A model generated the notes under the pieces. It had not been told where the DNA came from, did not search any database, and was given only the letters and a program-made list of their open reading frames with translations. A program made the position numbers and the translations under genes. 38,472 nt of DNA, taken from NCBI GenBank assembly GCA_008080735.1, contig SHMW01000035.1, forward strand, positions 1 through 38,472, given 5' to 3'. This DNA is from Promethearchaeota archaeon (GTDB taxonomy: Archaea > Asgardarchaeota > Lokiarchaeia > Sigyniarchaeales > SOKP01). This document shows positions 18,032 to 26,700 of this stretch, piece by piece; the first letter of the stretch is position 1, and each line of letters opens with the position of its first letter.

Positions 18032-19313
18032 TTAGTGTATTAATTATTGAATGATAGAATTTATGAGTTTTCTCGGCAACAATTTTCCATGTGAAATTAT
18101 TTTTTACCTTTTTCTCTCCTGTTTTTCCTAATTTTTTCCTTAAACTCTTTGTACGCAAAAGTTTTAGAATATTACATTTAATACTATTAATATCATCAAA
18201 TTTGACTAATATACCATCATATTCATTCTCAACCACCTCTGGGATTGCACCGATATCTGCAGCTAAAACTGGTTTTCCGGAAGCCCATGCTTCTAAATAT
18301 GCGATTCCAAAAGCATCACTTCTGCTTGGCATTACATAGATATCCGTTTCTTTGAAGGCGGATAATTTATATTTATCAAAATATCCTGTTAAATTATCTG
18401 GTGTCAAATTGATTATCCTTGCTTTCTCTAGTTTTCTTACTTTAGATAATTCTCGATTAAACGCTTGGGTAGGTGGCCCAATAAAAACAAAATAGACTTC
18501 ATTGAGTTCCTTTATAATAAAAGGAATAGATTTCAATACAGATATCGCCCCCTTTTCATAGTTTTTATACCCACAGTATAGAACCATTTTATATCTTTTT
18601 TCATCCTTTTTAAAAAATTTTTGTTTAAAAGACACCTTATCATTAAATTTTTTAAATTTTCTGTAATCAACCCCCATGGGAATTACTTTTATTCTGTGCT
18701 GGTCTATATTAAAGTTTTCATATAAAAATTTTTTTTCCATTAGGGTGCAAGCAATTAAGAAATCAAATTTAGGTAGGATTTCTGCGGGCTCTTTCTTTAA
18801 GTATCTGGGATTAGTAAAGTGGAAAAATGGCGTACATATCGTTGGACACTTCATTTTTTCCCCCGCAATTAAGGCAATTATTAAATTGAAATATGGATAA
18901 TAGGTAGAATGTATTAAATCATACTTATTTTCTTGATTTAACAAGATTTCAATAAGTTCAGGTATAAATGGTCCATTTGAGATTATATTCTTTAGACATT
19001 TATCGGATAGGTTAAGGTTCTGATATGATTCAAATGATTTCATAAATCTAATTTTCTCATCCTGCGTAACGTTATATTTGATTGGAAAACGTTTTACACT
19101 GATATCATTAACTTTTCCGAATAGCGGATTTGATTTGTTAATTCTTTTTCCCTTTTGGGAGCGTAATGCAGTAAAGTCTATGGCATTTGATGTGTAGATA
19201 TCTATTTTATGGGTGTATAATTTTGTTAAAATTTCTGCCATCCTTTGAAAATAGAATTCCGCTCCAGATATTGAAGGAAAATATCTAGTGGGAAGATATA
19301 AAAAAGAGCACAT
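18012..19313 (-). CDS. GT-B glycosyltransferase family 4
   Basis: SGAE, IPMGVD, EKG, MPSRSDAFGIAYLEAWASGKPV, G.IPEVV. Confidence 0.92.
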   Translation of the reverse strand: MCSFLYLPTRYFPSISGAEFYFQRMAEILTKLYTHKIDIYTSNAIDFTALRSQKGKRINKSNPLFGKVNDISVKRFPIKYNVTQDEKIRFMKSFESYQNLNLSDKCLKNIISNGPFIPELIEILLNQENKYDLIHSTYYPYFNLIIALIAGEKMKCPTICTPFFHFTNPRYLKKEPAEILPKFDFLIACTLMEKKFLYENFNIDQHRIKVIPMGVDYRKFKKFNDKVSFKQKFFKKDEKRYKMVLYCGYKNYEKGAISVLKSIPFIIKELNEVYFVFIGPPTQAFNRELSKVRKLEKARIINLTPDNLTGYFDKYKLSAFKETDIYVMPSRSDAFGIAYLEAWASGKPVLAADIGAIPEVVENEYDGILVKFDDINSIKCNILKLLRTKSLRKKLGKTGEKKVKNNFTWKIVAEKTHKFYHSIINTLNGKEVY

Positions 19314-19374
19314 ATTTTTTTTTAGAAGATTTATCTTAATTTATATTGATAATTAAATATTTATAGTGTGAGAT

Positions 19375-19767
19375 ATGTCAAATATTTTTCTTGATGAATT
19401 ATCAAAAAAGATTGGAAATAAGGGAGTAATAGACAAAGAAATTATTCATTTAATCGAATCAAAATTACAGATCAAATCGGATTTGGTTTTAGGTACCCTC
19501 GAAAGGGGTATCACAAAATACATCTATAAACCTTCAAATAGAGTCCTTTGGATAGCTTTAGGAATTGAAAAAGAACATTTGATATATCCCAAATTGTATT
19601 GTAGTTGTCGCGATTTTTATAAAGAAGTTGTAATAAATAGAAATCGGAAATTTTGTAAACACATCGTGGCACAAGCTGCATCTGTGTCGCTTAATGAGTT
19701 TGATTATGTTGAATTAGAAGATGAAGAATTTGAAATGAGAATTAAGGAATTGAAATCAGAATTTTAG
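19375..19767 (+). CDS. SWIM zinc-finger protein, Sws1/ZSWIM7-like
   Basis: YCSCRDF...FCKHIVA (CxC-xn-CxH). Confidence 0.8.
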   Translation: MSNIFLDELSKKIGNKGVIDKEIIHLIESKLQIKSDLVLGTLERGITKYIYKPSNRVLWIALGIEKEHLIYPKLYCSCRDFYKEVVINRNRKFCKHIVAQAASVSLNEFDYVELEDEEFEMRIKELKSEF

Positions 19768-20406
19768 GATTTGTGCACTTTTTAACGTATTTTCTAATAT
19801 CTGAGAAAGATTTATTTTGTTTTCGGCTCTCTTTATTTCCTTTTTTTTCACATTAGTTTCAGGATATTGGGGATAATACTGACAAGAATTAATCTTATTC
19901 GAGCTTATAGAGTATAATCCAATACTTTTATTGATGTTTATAACATCCATCTTGTTAAGACCAATTAAAGGCATTAATTTAATGTAGTTCTTCAAAATTG
20001 CGTTATAGGAATATAAATTTGAAAGTGTTTGACTTGCTTGTTCTCCTAAGATATCACCAGTTAAGATAAGTCTGGTTGTCTCCTTATCAGCTATTTGACA
20101 TGCAACTCGCAACATCATACGTTTACATAAGATACATGTTAATTTTCGAGAGCACCGATTCTTGAAGATTTCCAAATTGGACGTGTATGGGATAAGGTAA
20201 GCTTTCAATTCGGTCTGAGAAAACTTTGATAACTTATTTAAAACGTTCCCTATTTTTTCCCGCATATCCGCTTCCTCTTGAACTGTGGTGAGGAAAGTAA
20301 GGAAAACGGGCAAAAATCCTTGTTTCATCATTAAATAGGCTGCTACGGGGCTATCAAATCCATCCGAAAGAAGACTTATTACCTTTTTATTCAACCGTGA
20401 TTTCAA
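19756..20406 (-). CDS. ThiI-like PP-loop sulfurtransferase domain lacking THUMP
   Basis: LLSDGFDSPVA, CILCKR.M, TGD.LGEQASQTL.N, PLIG..K..I. Confidence 0.85.
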   Translation of the reverse strand: MKSRLNKKVISLLSDGFDSPVAAYLMMKQGFLPVFLTFLTTVQEEADMREKIGNVLNKLSKFSQTELKAYLIPYTSNLEIFKNRCSRKLTCILCKRMMLRVACQIADKETTRLILTGDILGEQASQTLSNLYSYNAILKNYIKLMPLIGLNKMDVININKSIGLYSISSNKINSCQYYPQYPETNVKKKEIKRAENKINLSQILENTLKSAQILKF

Positions 20407-21001
20407 CTCTGTCCCATTCTCTTAAACATATATCAAATTCTTTTAGAGATATTTTTCTTGAGATGTTTATTTTTTTTTCTGCCTCTAGTTTTCTAATTTT
20501 CAGCATCAACTTTTTATTTTTTCTAAGATGGTCTTCCGCATTCTCATACTCTTTTTCAAATACTTTTTTAATCTCCTTCCAATCAATCTTTCTTAAGCGT
20601 TTATAGTTCTCATCATTATTTACAAATTTACAGAGAGGATCTATGTCGATGCGAAAATTATATGCATCCTCTTGTTTCAAAGATAATGGATAAGCTTTAC
20701 AAGCTATGGGTTTTATTTTTTGAATTGTGCATCCTCTTTTATCATTATAAAATGGACATGATTGAATTTCTTTTTCAAATTTAATTTTATATGTTAATAC
20801 TATTATATTCTCGTTTAAAATATCGGGAAATACCAAATCTTCTATTACTTTAAATTCAATATTTCTTTTTTTAGCAATATCAATTAATCTATCAACCTCT
20901 TCGGGATATAGGGGGATTCTTTTGCTGTAATTACCTGGAATTTCAAAGCAACAAACACCACATTTAAGGCATTGATAATGTAAATCTTCCATAAAAATCA
21001 T
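20387..21001 (-). CDS. YkgJ/UPF0153 cysteine-cluster (CxxCxxCC) Zn/Fe-S protein
   Basis: CLKCGVCC, CPFY, C.I...KP.AC..YP. Confidence 0.85.
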   Translation of the reverse strand: MIFMEDLHYQCLKCGVCCFEIPGNYSKRIPLYPEEVDRLIDIAKKRNIEFKVIEDLVFPDILNENIIVLTYKIKFEKEIQSCPFYNDKRGCTIQKIKPIACKAYPLSLKQEDAYNFRIDIDPLCKFVNNDENYKRLRKIDWKEIKKVFEKEYENAEDHLRKNKKLMLKIRKLEAEKKINISRKISLKEFDICLREWDRVEITVE

Positions 21002-21130
21002 CCTTTTTTTGATATATCATTACGGGTATAATTTACGATTAAAGCTAATTTTTTAATGCTCAAAAAAATTCTAGATCATACTGAATTTTATCAGTGTATC
21101 TATGTTATTTAAAACATCCGAGACATAAAA

Positions 21131-22090
21131 ATGAGTAGGGGAAAAGATGCGGCAATAATTGAATTTCACAATGTATCGAAAAAGTATGGAGATCTGTTAG
21201 CATTGGATAATATCTCTTTTCAAATAAATAAAGGAGATATTTTTGGGTATATAGGTCCAAATGGGGCGGGAAAAACAACAAGCTTAAAAATATTAGTAGG
21301 ATTGATAAAGAACTATTCAGGAGACGTTTTTATAAACCATAAATCAATTAGAGACAAAAAGGATGATCTTGGGATGATTTTGGGTTACTTACCACAAGAG
21401 ACAGGTTTTCAAGAATGGCGTACTGTTTATCATACACTTCAAACATTTGGAAGGCTTTCTGGAATGAATAAGGACTATTTAGATATAAGAATTCCGGAGG
21501 TTCTACAAACCGTAGGACTAGTGGAAGTTGATAATAAAAAAATAGAATATTTGTCGGGAGGAATGAAACAGAAGTTAAGATTTGCTCAAGCTATTCTGAA
21601 TAATCCAGAAATCTTAGTATTAGATGAGCCATTATCAGGTTTGGATCCTACCAGCAGATTTCAAGTTAAAAATATTATTAACAAATTTGCCGAGAAAGAT
21701 ATTACGATCTTATTCTCTTCTCACATTTTAACAGATGTTCAAGATTTCGCAAATAGAATAGGAATCTTGAATCGAGGAAATTTATTGAAAATTGGAACTT
21801 CAAAAGAACTTCAAGATGAATTTAATATTGGTAATATAATCGAAATTGAATATGCAAAAGAAGTACCTTCCACTGAACTGTATCATGATTTTCCATTTAT
21901 CGATTTCGTAAATATTAAAAATAACCAAATTCAAGAGATTCATCTCAGAAGGAATATCGATATTGATAATGCAATCTATAAAATAATGCAAAAACTGATT
22001 AATCACAGAAAAGATTTGAGAGGATTTAATCTACTAAAACCCAGTTTAGAAGAGGTATATTTGAAAATAATTGAGGCAGATAATAAATGA
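21131..22090 (+). CDS. ABC-2 type exporter, ATP-binding subunit
   Basis: GPNGAGKTT, LSGGM, LVLDEP, SSH; C-terminal SLEEVYL. Confidence 0.95.
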   Translation: MSRGKDAAIIEFHNVSKKYGDLLALDNISFQINKGDIFGYIGPNGAGKTTSLKILVGLIKNYSGDVFINHKSIRDKKDDLGMILGYLPQETGFQEWRTVYHTLQTFGRLSGMNKDYLDIRIPEVLQTVGLVEVDNKKIEYLSGGMKQKLRFAQAILNNPEILVLDEPLSGLDPTSRFQVKNIINKFAEKDITILFSSHILTDVQDFANRIGILNRGNLLKIGTSKELQDEFNIGNIIEIEYAKEVPSTELYHDFPFIDFVNIKNNQIQEIHLRRNIDIDNAIYKIMQKLINHRKDLRGFNLLKPSLEEVYLKIIEADNK

Positions 22091-22752
22091 GCTTGAAAAT
22101 ATTATTTTTCGATGAATTAAGAGGTTTTTATAAGTCTAAGATTATGATTATTCTTTGGGTTGGTTTACCTATTTTGTCAATTATTTTGAATTTATTAAGG
22201 TTGGACACTGAAGGGGTTCCGCTCTCTTATTTTGTAGGGCTATTCATAGCAAGCATTGGAGGAACACTCTCATCAGTCATGTTAAGTACTTCCATCACTA
22301 GCGAAATAAACAGACAAGTGTTTAATTTATTTCTGATTAGACCGGTTAAGCGAGAAAGTCTATTAATTGCTAAATATTTGGCAGTATTTTCTTGTCTAGT
22401 TATTGCAACCCTTATCACGTTAATAGTTGGAGTGTTTATTGATTGGATTACTACAGGAATACCTCAATCAATTGTGCTCATACAAAGTATGGAGAGTTTA
22501 GGTTTTAGTTTAGCTGCGATGAGTATCTCATGTTCTGTGGGGATTATAATTGGAATTTCAGTAAAAAATGTGGCAGCATCTGCAATTCTTTCTGTTTATG
22601 TGGGAAATCAGTTTTCATTAATTTCAATATTACCATCAGTTTTTCTCCCTGGTATACTTAATCCTTTGATTTTCTCGGGAAGTATGGGAATTCTATTAAC
22701 TGCTCTATTAATGGGGATTGGAATTATAATATTTAAAAATAAAGAATTATGA
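22087..22752 (+). CDS. ABC-2 type permease
   Basis: About 6 TM helices, E........L..PV.R..LL..K motif; 4-nt overlap with the ATPase gene. Confidence 0.88.
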   Translation: MSLKILFFDELRGFYKSKIMIILWVGLPILSIILNLLRLDTEGVPLSYFVGLFIASIGGTLSSVMLSTSITSEINRQVFNLFLIRPVKRESLLIAKYLAVFSCLVIATLITLIVGVFIDWITTGIPQSIVLIQSMESLGFSLAAMSISCSVGIIIGISVKNVAASAILSVYVGNQFSLISILPSVFLPGILNPLIFSGSMGILLTALLMGIGIIIFKNKEL

Positions 22753-22951
22753 TTTCTCTCTTAAATTTAAAAATTAATAATTCACTAAACTTACACCCCC
22801 GATTATGAGCATATTACACAATCCCAAATATGCTTAATTTTTACATTTTTTATATGTTTTTTCAAGAACACGTCAATAATATTTGTAATTTAATATAACG
22901 CAAATCTTGTATAGAATAGTGAGAATAAGTAAATAGGTAAAAAAAACAAAA

Positions 22952-23779
22952 ATGATGAATGAGTCTGTTCTTTCTGGAATCAAAATAATTAAACATATAG
23001 ATCTTACCCAAAAAGATTTTATCAATCCAGTTGCAATATTAGGAATGCCTGGTATTGCGGATGTGGGAAAATTCGCAATTGATACATTGATTGGACAGCT
23101 AGGTGCGCAAAATTATATGGATATAATCTTTGATGATTATCCAGCAGGTGCTATTGTCGATGATAGTCTATTATCTGCGCCAAAAGCGGAGATTTTATTT
23201 TGGAAAGATCCCCAAGAAAAGCGTGATATCATCTTAATAACTGCAGACGCGCAGAGTCTTACTCCTAAAGGGATATATAAAATTTCAAATTTTTTAACGG
23301 AAATTATATATAATTGTGGCATTAAACTCACAATTGCGCTTGGTGCATATCCTATCAACGGTAATAAATTGAATAGTAAAATTCCACGAATTTTTGCTAG
23401 TTCAACAAGTAAAGATTTACTGAGTACGTTTTTGGAAAAAAATAACTGTGAAAGGATTCAAAAAGGAGTAATTATTGGCGCTAATGGATTAATTCCCACC
23501 TTGGCAAAGGCGCGTTTTAATACGGATGGATTAGTCCTATTAGCGGAAACAGATAATATTGCTGTAGTTAATGAGGATATTACGGATCTAAAAGCGTCAA
23601 TAACCTTACTAGAAATGATTAAAGAATCATTTAATCTACCCATAGAAAAAAGATATTCCTTAGACAATTTAGAAGATATTTCAAAAAATCTTCAATCTAA
23701 ACGCGAGAAATTAGAAAAAGATCTGGAAACCTTACAAATAATGGATACCGAAGAAAAGCGAAAATCACTCTATATCTAA
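22952..23779 (+). CDS. PAC2/Pba family proteasome assembly chaperone with C-terminal HbYX
   Basis: GMPGIADVGK, LGAY, IIGANGL, LLAET motifs; ends in LYI. Confidence 0.87.
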   Translation: MMNESVLSGIKIIKHIDLTQKDFINPVAILGMPGIADVGKFAIDTLIGQLGAQNYMDIIFDDYPAGAIVDDSLLSAPKAEILFWKDPQEKRDIILITADAQSLTPKGIYKISNFLTEIIYNCGIKLTIALGAYPINGNKLNSKIPRIFASSTSKDLLSTFLEKNNCERIQKGVIIGANGLIPTLAKARFNTDGLVLLAETDNIAVVNEDITDLKASITLLEMIKESFNLPIEKRYSLDNLEDISKNLQSKREKLEKDLETLQIMDTEEKRKSLYI

Positions 23780-23998
23780 ATATTAATATTTCTTCTTCCC
23801 CCTCTTTTTAAATCATCACATTTTAGCTATAGGAATTCTTTCGATGAATTTCACGAAGAGCATTACTCCTCTTCTATTTTTATCGATAAATTTTTTAGAT
23901 ATAAAAAATAGTATAATATAATAAGAGATTCTCATTCACATTTTTTAATACTACTTCGAAAGAATCTCGTAAATTTATAAATATACAAGTGAAATATT

Positions 23999-24142
23999 TT
24001 GGAATATGTTTGCGCCCGTTGTGGAAAAGAGGTAAGTAGAAAAGAATTAAGTGCCCTCCCAGGCATAAAATGTTCCCATTGTGGATATCGGATATTATAT
24101 AAAAAGCGACCTGAGATTATAAAAAGACTCAAAGTAAAATAA
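23999..24142 (+). CDS. rpoP: RNA polymerase subunit Rpo12 (RpoP), 47 aa; absent from the ORF track
   Basis: Manual translation from TTG: MEYVCARCGKEVSRKELSALPGIKCSHCGYRILYKKRPEIIKRLKVK*. TTTATAAATA TATA box at about 23974. Confidence 0.93.
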   Translation: MEYVCARCGKEVSRKELSALPGIKCSHCGYRILYKKRPEIIKRLKVK

Positions 24143-24197
24143 TTGCATCAAAATTTCTCTTTTTATTCAGTGCGGAACAAAAATTTGTCACTTTATT

Positions 24198-25115
24198 TCA
24201 AATTACAGAATCAATGCTAAGATAATTCATTAATTCTTTGTATCTGTTCCGAATTGTCGTCTCTGTTACGTTCGCGATTTCTGAAATCTCTCTTTGTGTT
24301 CTACGTTCACCTTGTTCCATCGCTGCAAGGTATAATGCTGCCCCAGCTAAGCCCGTTGGTGCTTTCCCAGTTGTTATGCGGTGCTTTTTAGCCAGATAAA
24401 TTAATTCTGCTGCTCGATTTTGCGTTTTACCAGAGAGATTCAGTTCCGCACAAAATCGGGGGATGAAATTAATTGGGGACGAAACGGTCAGATTAATCTT
24501 AAGCTCATGGATTATTAATCGATAACATCTAGCAATTTGTTTTTTATCAATAGAAGTGAATTCAACAAAATCATCAAGCGTTTTTGGGATTTTGTTTAGT
24601 CTGCATGCGAGATAAACTGAGGCGATGAGCATAGCCTCTATGGAGCGCCCTCTAATTAACCCCTTAATTGCCATTTTTCTGTAAATATGTGCCGCTGTTT
24701 CTTTAAGATCTCTTGATAAACTCAATTGAGAAGATAATCTGTCTAATTGATTCATTGCATAGGCCAGATTTCTGTCAATAGATCTATTCGTTCTGGTTCG
24801 CGTATTCCATTTTCGCAATCTATAGATCTCTGCTTTTTTCTTTGGAGAGAGTTTCTGTCCAAATGCGTCCTTATTTTTCCAACCAATGATAGTACTAAGA
24901 CCTTTATCGTGCAAGGTAAGTGTGGAGGGGGCACCCACACGGACCTTTCTATTCGCCTCCTCTGTAGAAAATGCTCGCCATTCAGGTCCCGAATCGATCA
25001 GTCTTTGGTTTATCACTAATCCGCAATCATTACATATTATCTCTGCTCTCGAATTATCGATTATTAAATTACAATTTCCACATTCTGGACATTGATTAGA
25101 ATTATCTTGAGACAT
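24198..25115 (-). CDS. tfb: Transcription initiation factor TFB
   Basis: CPECG..C..CG Zn ribbon, ID.GPEWRAF, LHDKGLST, two cyclin repeats, TETTIRNRYKE. Confidence 0.97.
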   Translation of the reverse strand: MSQDNSNQCPECGNCNLIIDNSRAEIICNDCGLVINQRLIDSGPEWRAFSTEEANRKVRVGAPSTLTLHDKGLSTIIGWKNKDAFGQKLSPKKKAEIYRLRKWNTRTRTNRSIDRNLAYAMNQLDRLSSQLSLSRDLKETAAHIYRKMAIKGLIRGRSIEAMLIASVYLACRLNKIPKTLDDFVEFTSIDKKQIARCYRLIIHELKINLTVSSPINFIPRFCAELNLSGKTQNRAAELIYLAKKHRITTGKAPTGLAGAALYLAAMEQGERRTQREISEIANVTETTIRNRYKELMNYLSIDSVI

Positions 25116-25418
25116 AAATACCTCTATGATAAAAATTTCAATTCTTTAATTTCAATAATTATTGTCGAGCTTTTAAATGTTTCCGTTTTAAATAATTTTC
25201 CAGTTAATAAACTGACTAATATTAATTAGGTATTATAGGAATTAGCTTTTTAAATTGGTAGAAGGTTTTTGTCGGAGCCGTTGAGAGCCTAAATAGAAAA
25301 AATTAATTTAAGTCTAAATAGATTATTTTGTTAAAAATTGTATGCTTAAACTAAAAAGGGCGCTAATTATGAATATTAATCAAAAATTTATAATTATCTC
25401 CTAAATTTCAACTAAATA

Positions 25419-25853
25419 ATGCAACCTTTTCCAAGTACCCATGGGAAACATTGTACCTTGCGAACATTTAAGTCTGAGTGCCCTTCTTGCGGAGCAGATA
25501 TATTATATTGGGAATGTACACATGGTTGTAAGGTATTTTTTGAATATCCTCCATATGGGAAATTAATTAAACATAGATGTAAAAAAAATAAAGGTAAAAA
25601 TATAAGAAAAAAGTACGACATAATAGTTAAAACACCTAAGGGTTTATTAGAAAACACCTCAAAACATTGTCACGCATGTGGTAAAGTATTTAAAAATCAA
25701 CAAAGTTTAAATGATCACATAACTCAGATGGAGAAATGTGATTATTTTCATCAGATTTTATCAGCTAAAGGTTCTGAGGATCAAAAATCGGAAAAAAAAG
25801 AAAATAAATCCTATAAACCTAAATTTGGTCAGATAAATGTGAAAAGGAAATAA
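25419..25853 (+). CDS. Hypothetical multi-zinc-finger basic protein
   Basis: H..HC, CPSC, C.H, H.C clusters plus C..CGK.F.....L..H (C2H2-like). Confidence 0.75.
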   Translation: MQPFPSTHGKHCTLRTFKSECPSCGADILYWECTHGCKVFFEYPPYGKLIKHRCKKNKGKNIRKKYDIIVKTPKGLLENTSKHCHACGKVFKNQQSLNDHITQMEKCDYFHQILSAKGSEDQKSEKKENKSYKPKFGQINVKRK

Positions 25854-25961
25854 TAAATTATTAATACCTATTTTAAAATAATTTGTATAGATAATTTTAA
25901 TAATATTAATTTAGATAATACAATTAAAACAAATTACAATTTTAGGATAAGAATAATAAAT

Positions 25962-26579
25962 ATGCCATCAAGTCCAGAAGAAGCTATCAATAATCTCATG
26001 CAAAAAGACCCGACAATCATAGCTGCGACAGTAATAGAGGGAAATGATAATATTGTATATCAGACAGATAATTGGGATATAAGCCCTGACTTAGATCGGG
26101 TTCTCTCCAGTTGGCGTGGTCAGAATGCCCAATTTATAAAAATCTCAGGAATAAAATATTCTATGCTTCAGTGCACATCTGAAAGAATGGCAGCTACCTC
26201 GATAAAAGGAGAGGGGAGTATAGTTGCCGCAAAGGATGAAGAACACAAATTGATTGCCTACGTCTCTCCAGAAGGTGATATGAGGGGCGCTATGATGGAT
26301 ACCGCTCGTGCTGTTGGCGATATGAATTCAAGCAAACCATATATGGATGAGAGTTCTCAACTCGGAAAAGATATGGGTGGGGCGGTACAATCACAAGGGG
26401 GAGGTGCTGTTAGCATTGATCCGCAATTAAAGGCAGAAATAGAGTCATTTCTACAATGGGTAAAAGATGATGAGGGTTTAGCGGGATATATAAGATATTA
26501 TTTACAACAAGATAATGCACAAATAATTTCTCAATTATCTCAAGTCTATACTGATTTACGGCAACTTTTTGGAGTTTAA
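25962..26579 (+). CDS. Asgard profilin with a C-terminal helical extension
   Basis: aa 1-~122 show Loki-profilin motifs (QTDNWDIS.DLD, I.GIKY.M...T.ER...T.I.G.G.I, IAYV.P), followed by a G/Q/S linker and a ~55-aa helical tail. Confidence 0.82.
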   Translation: MPSSPEEAINNLMQKDPTIIAATVIEGNDNIVYQTDNWDISPDLDRVLSSWRGQNAQFIKISGIKYSMLQCTSERMAATSIKGEGSIVAAKDEEHKLIAYVSPEGDMRGAMMDTARAVGDMNSSKPYMDESSQLGKDMGGAVQSQGGGAVSIDPQLKAEIESFLQWVKDDEGLAGYIRYYLQQDNAQIISQLSQVYTDLRQLFGV

Positions 26580-26700
26580 AAACCCCATTCTAACTATTTC
26601 TCTCAACTAAATAGAACATTTAGATTTTAAATTCCATAATAGTACTCTTTTTCCTTGTTTTATCCATAAATTTAAAATTTTTCTTAGATTATCGAATATC

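Noticed and set aside
23831-23870. Hairpin containing ATGA...GA downstream of the PAC2 gene, considered as a eukaryote-like SECIS
   Set aside because: The upper stem is far too short, and no in-frame UGA selenoprotein candidate is adjacent.
23932-24132. 66-aa minus-strand ORF in the track
   Set aside because: It is antisense to the real rpoP gene on the plus strand.
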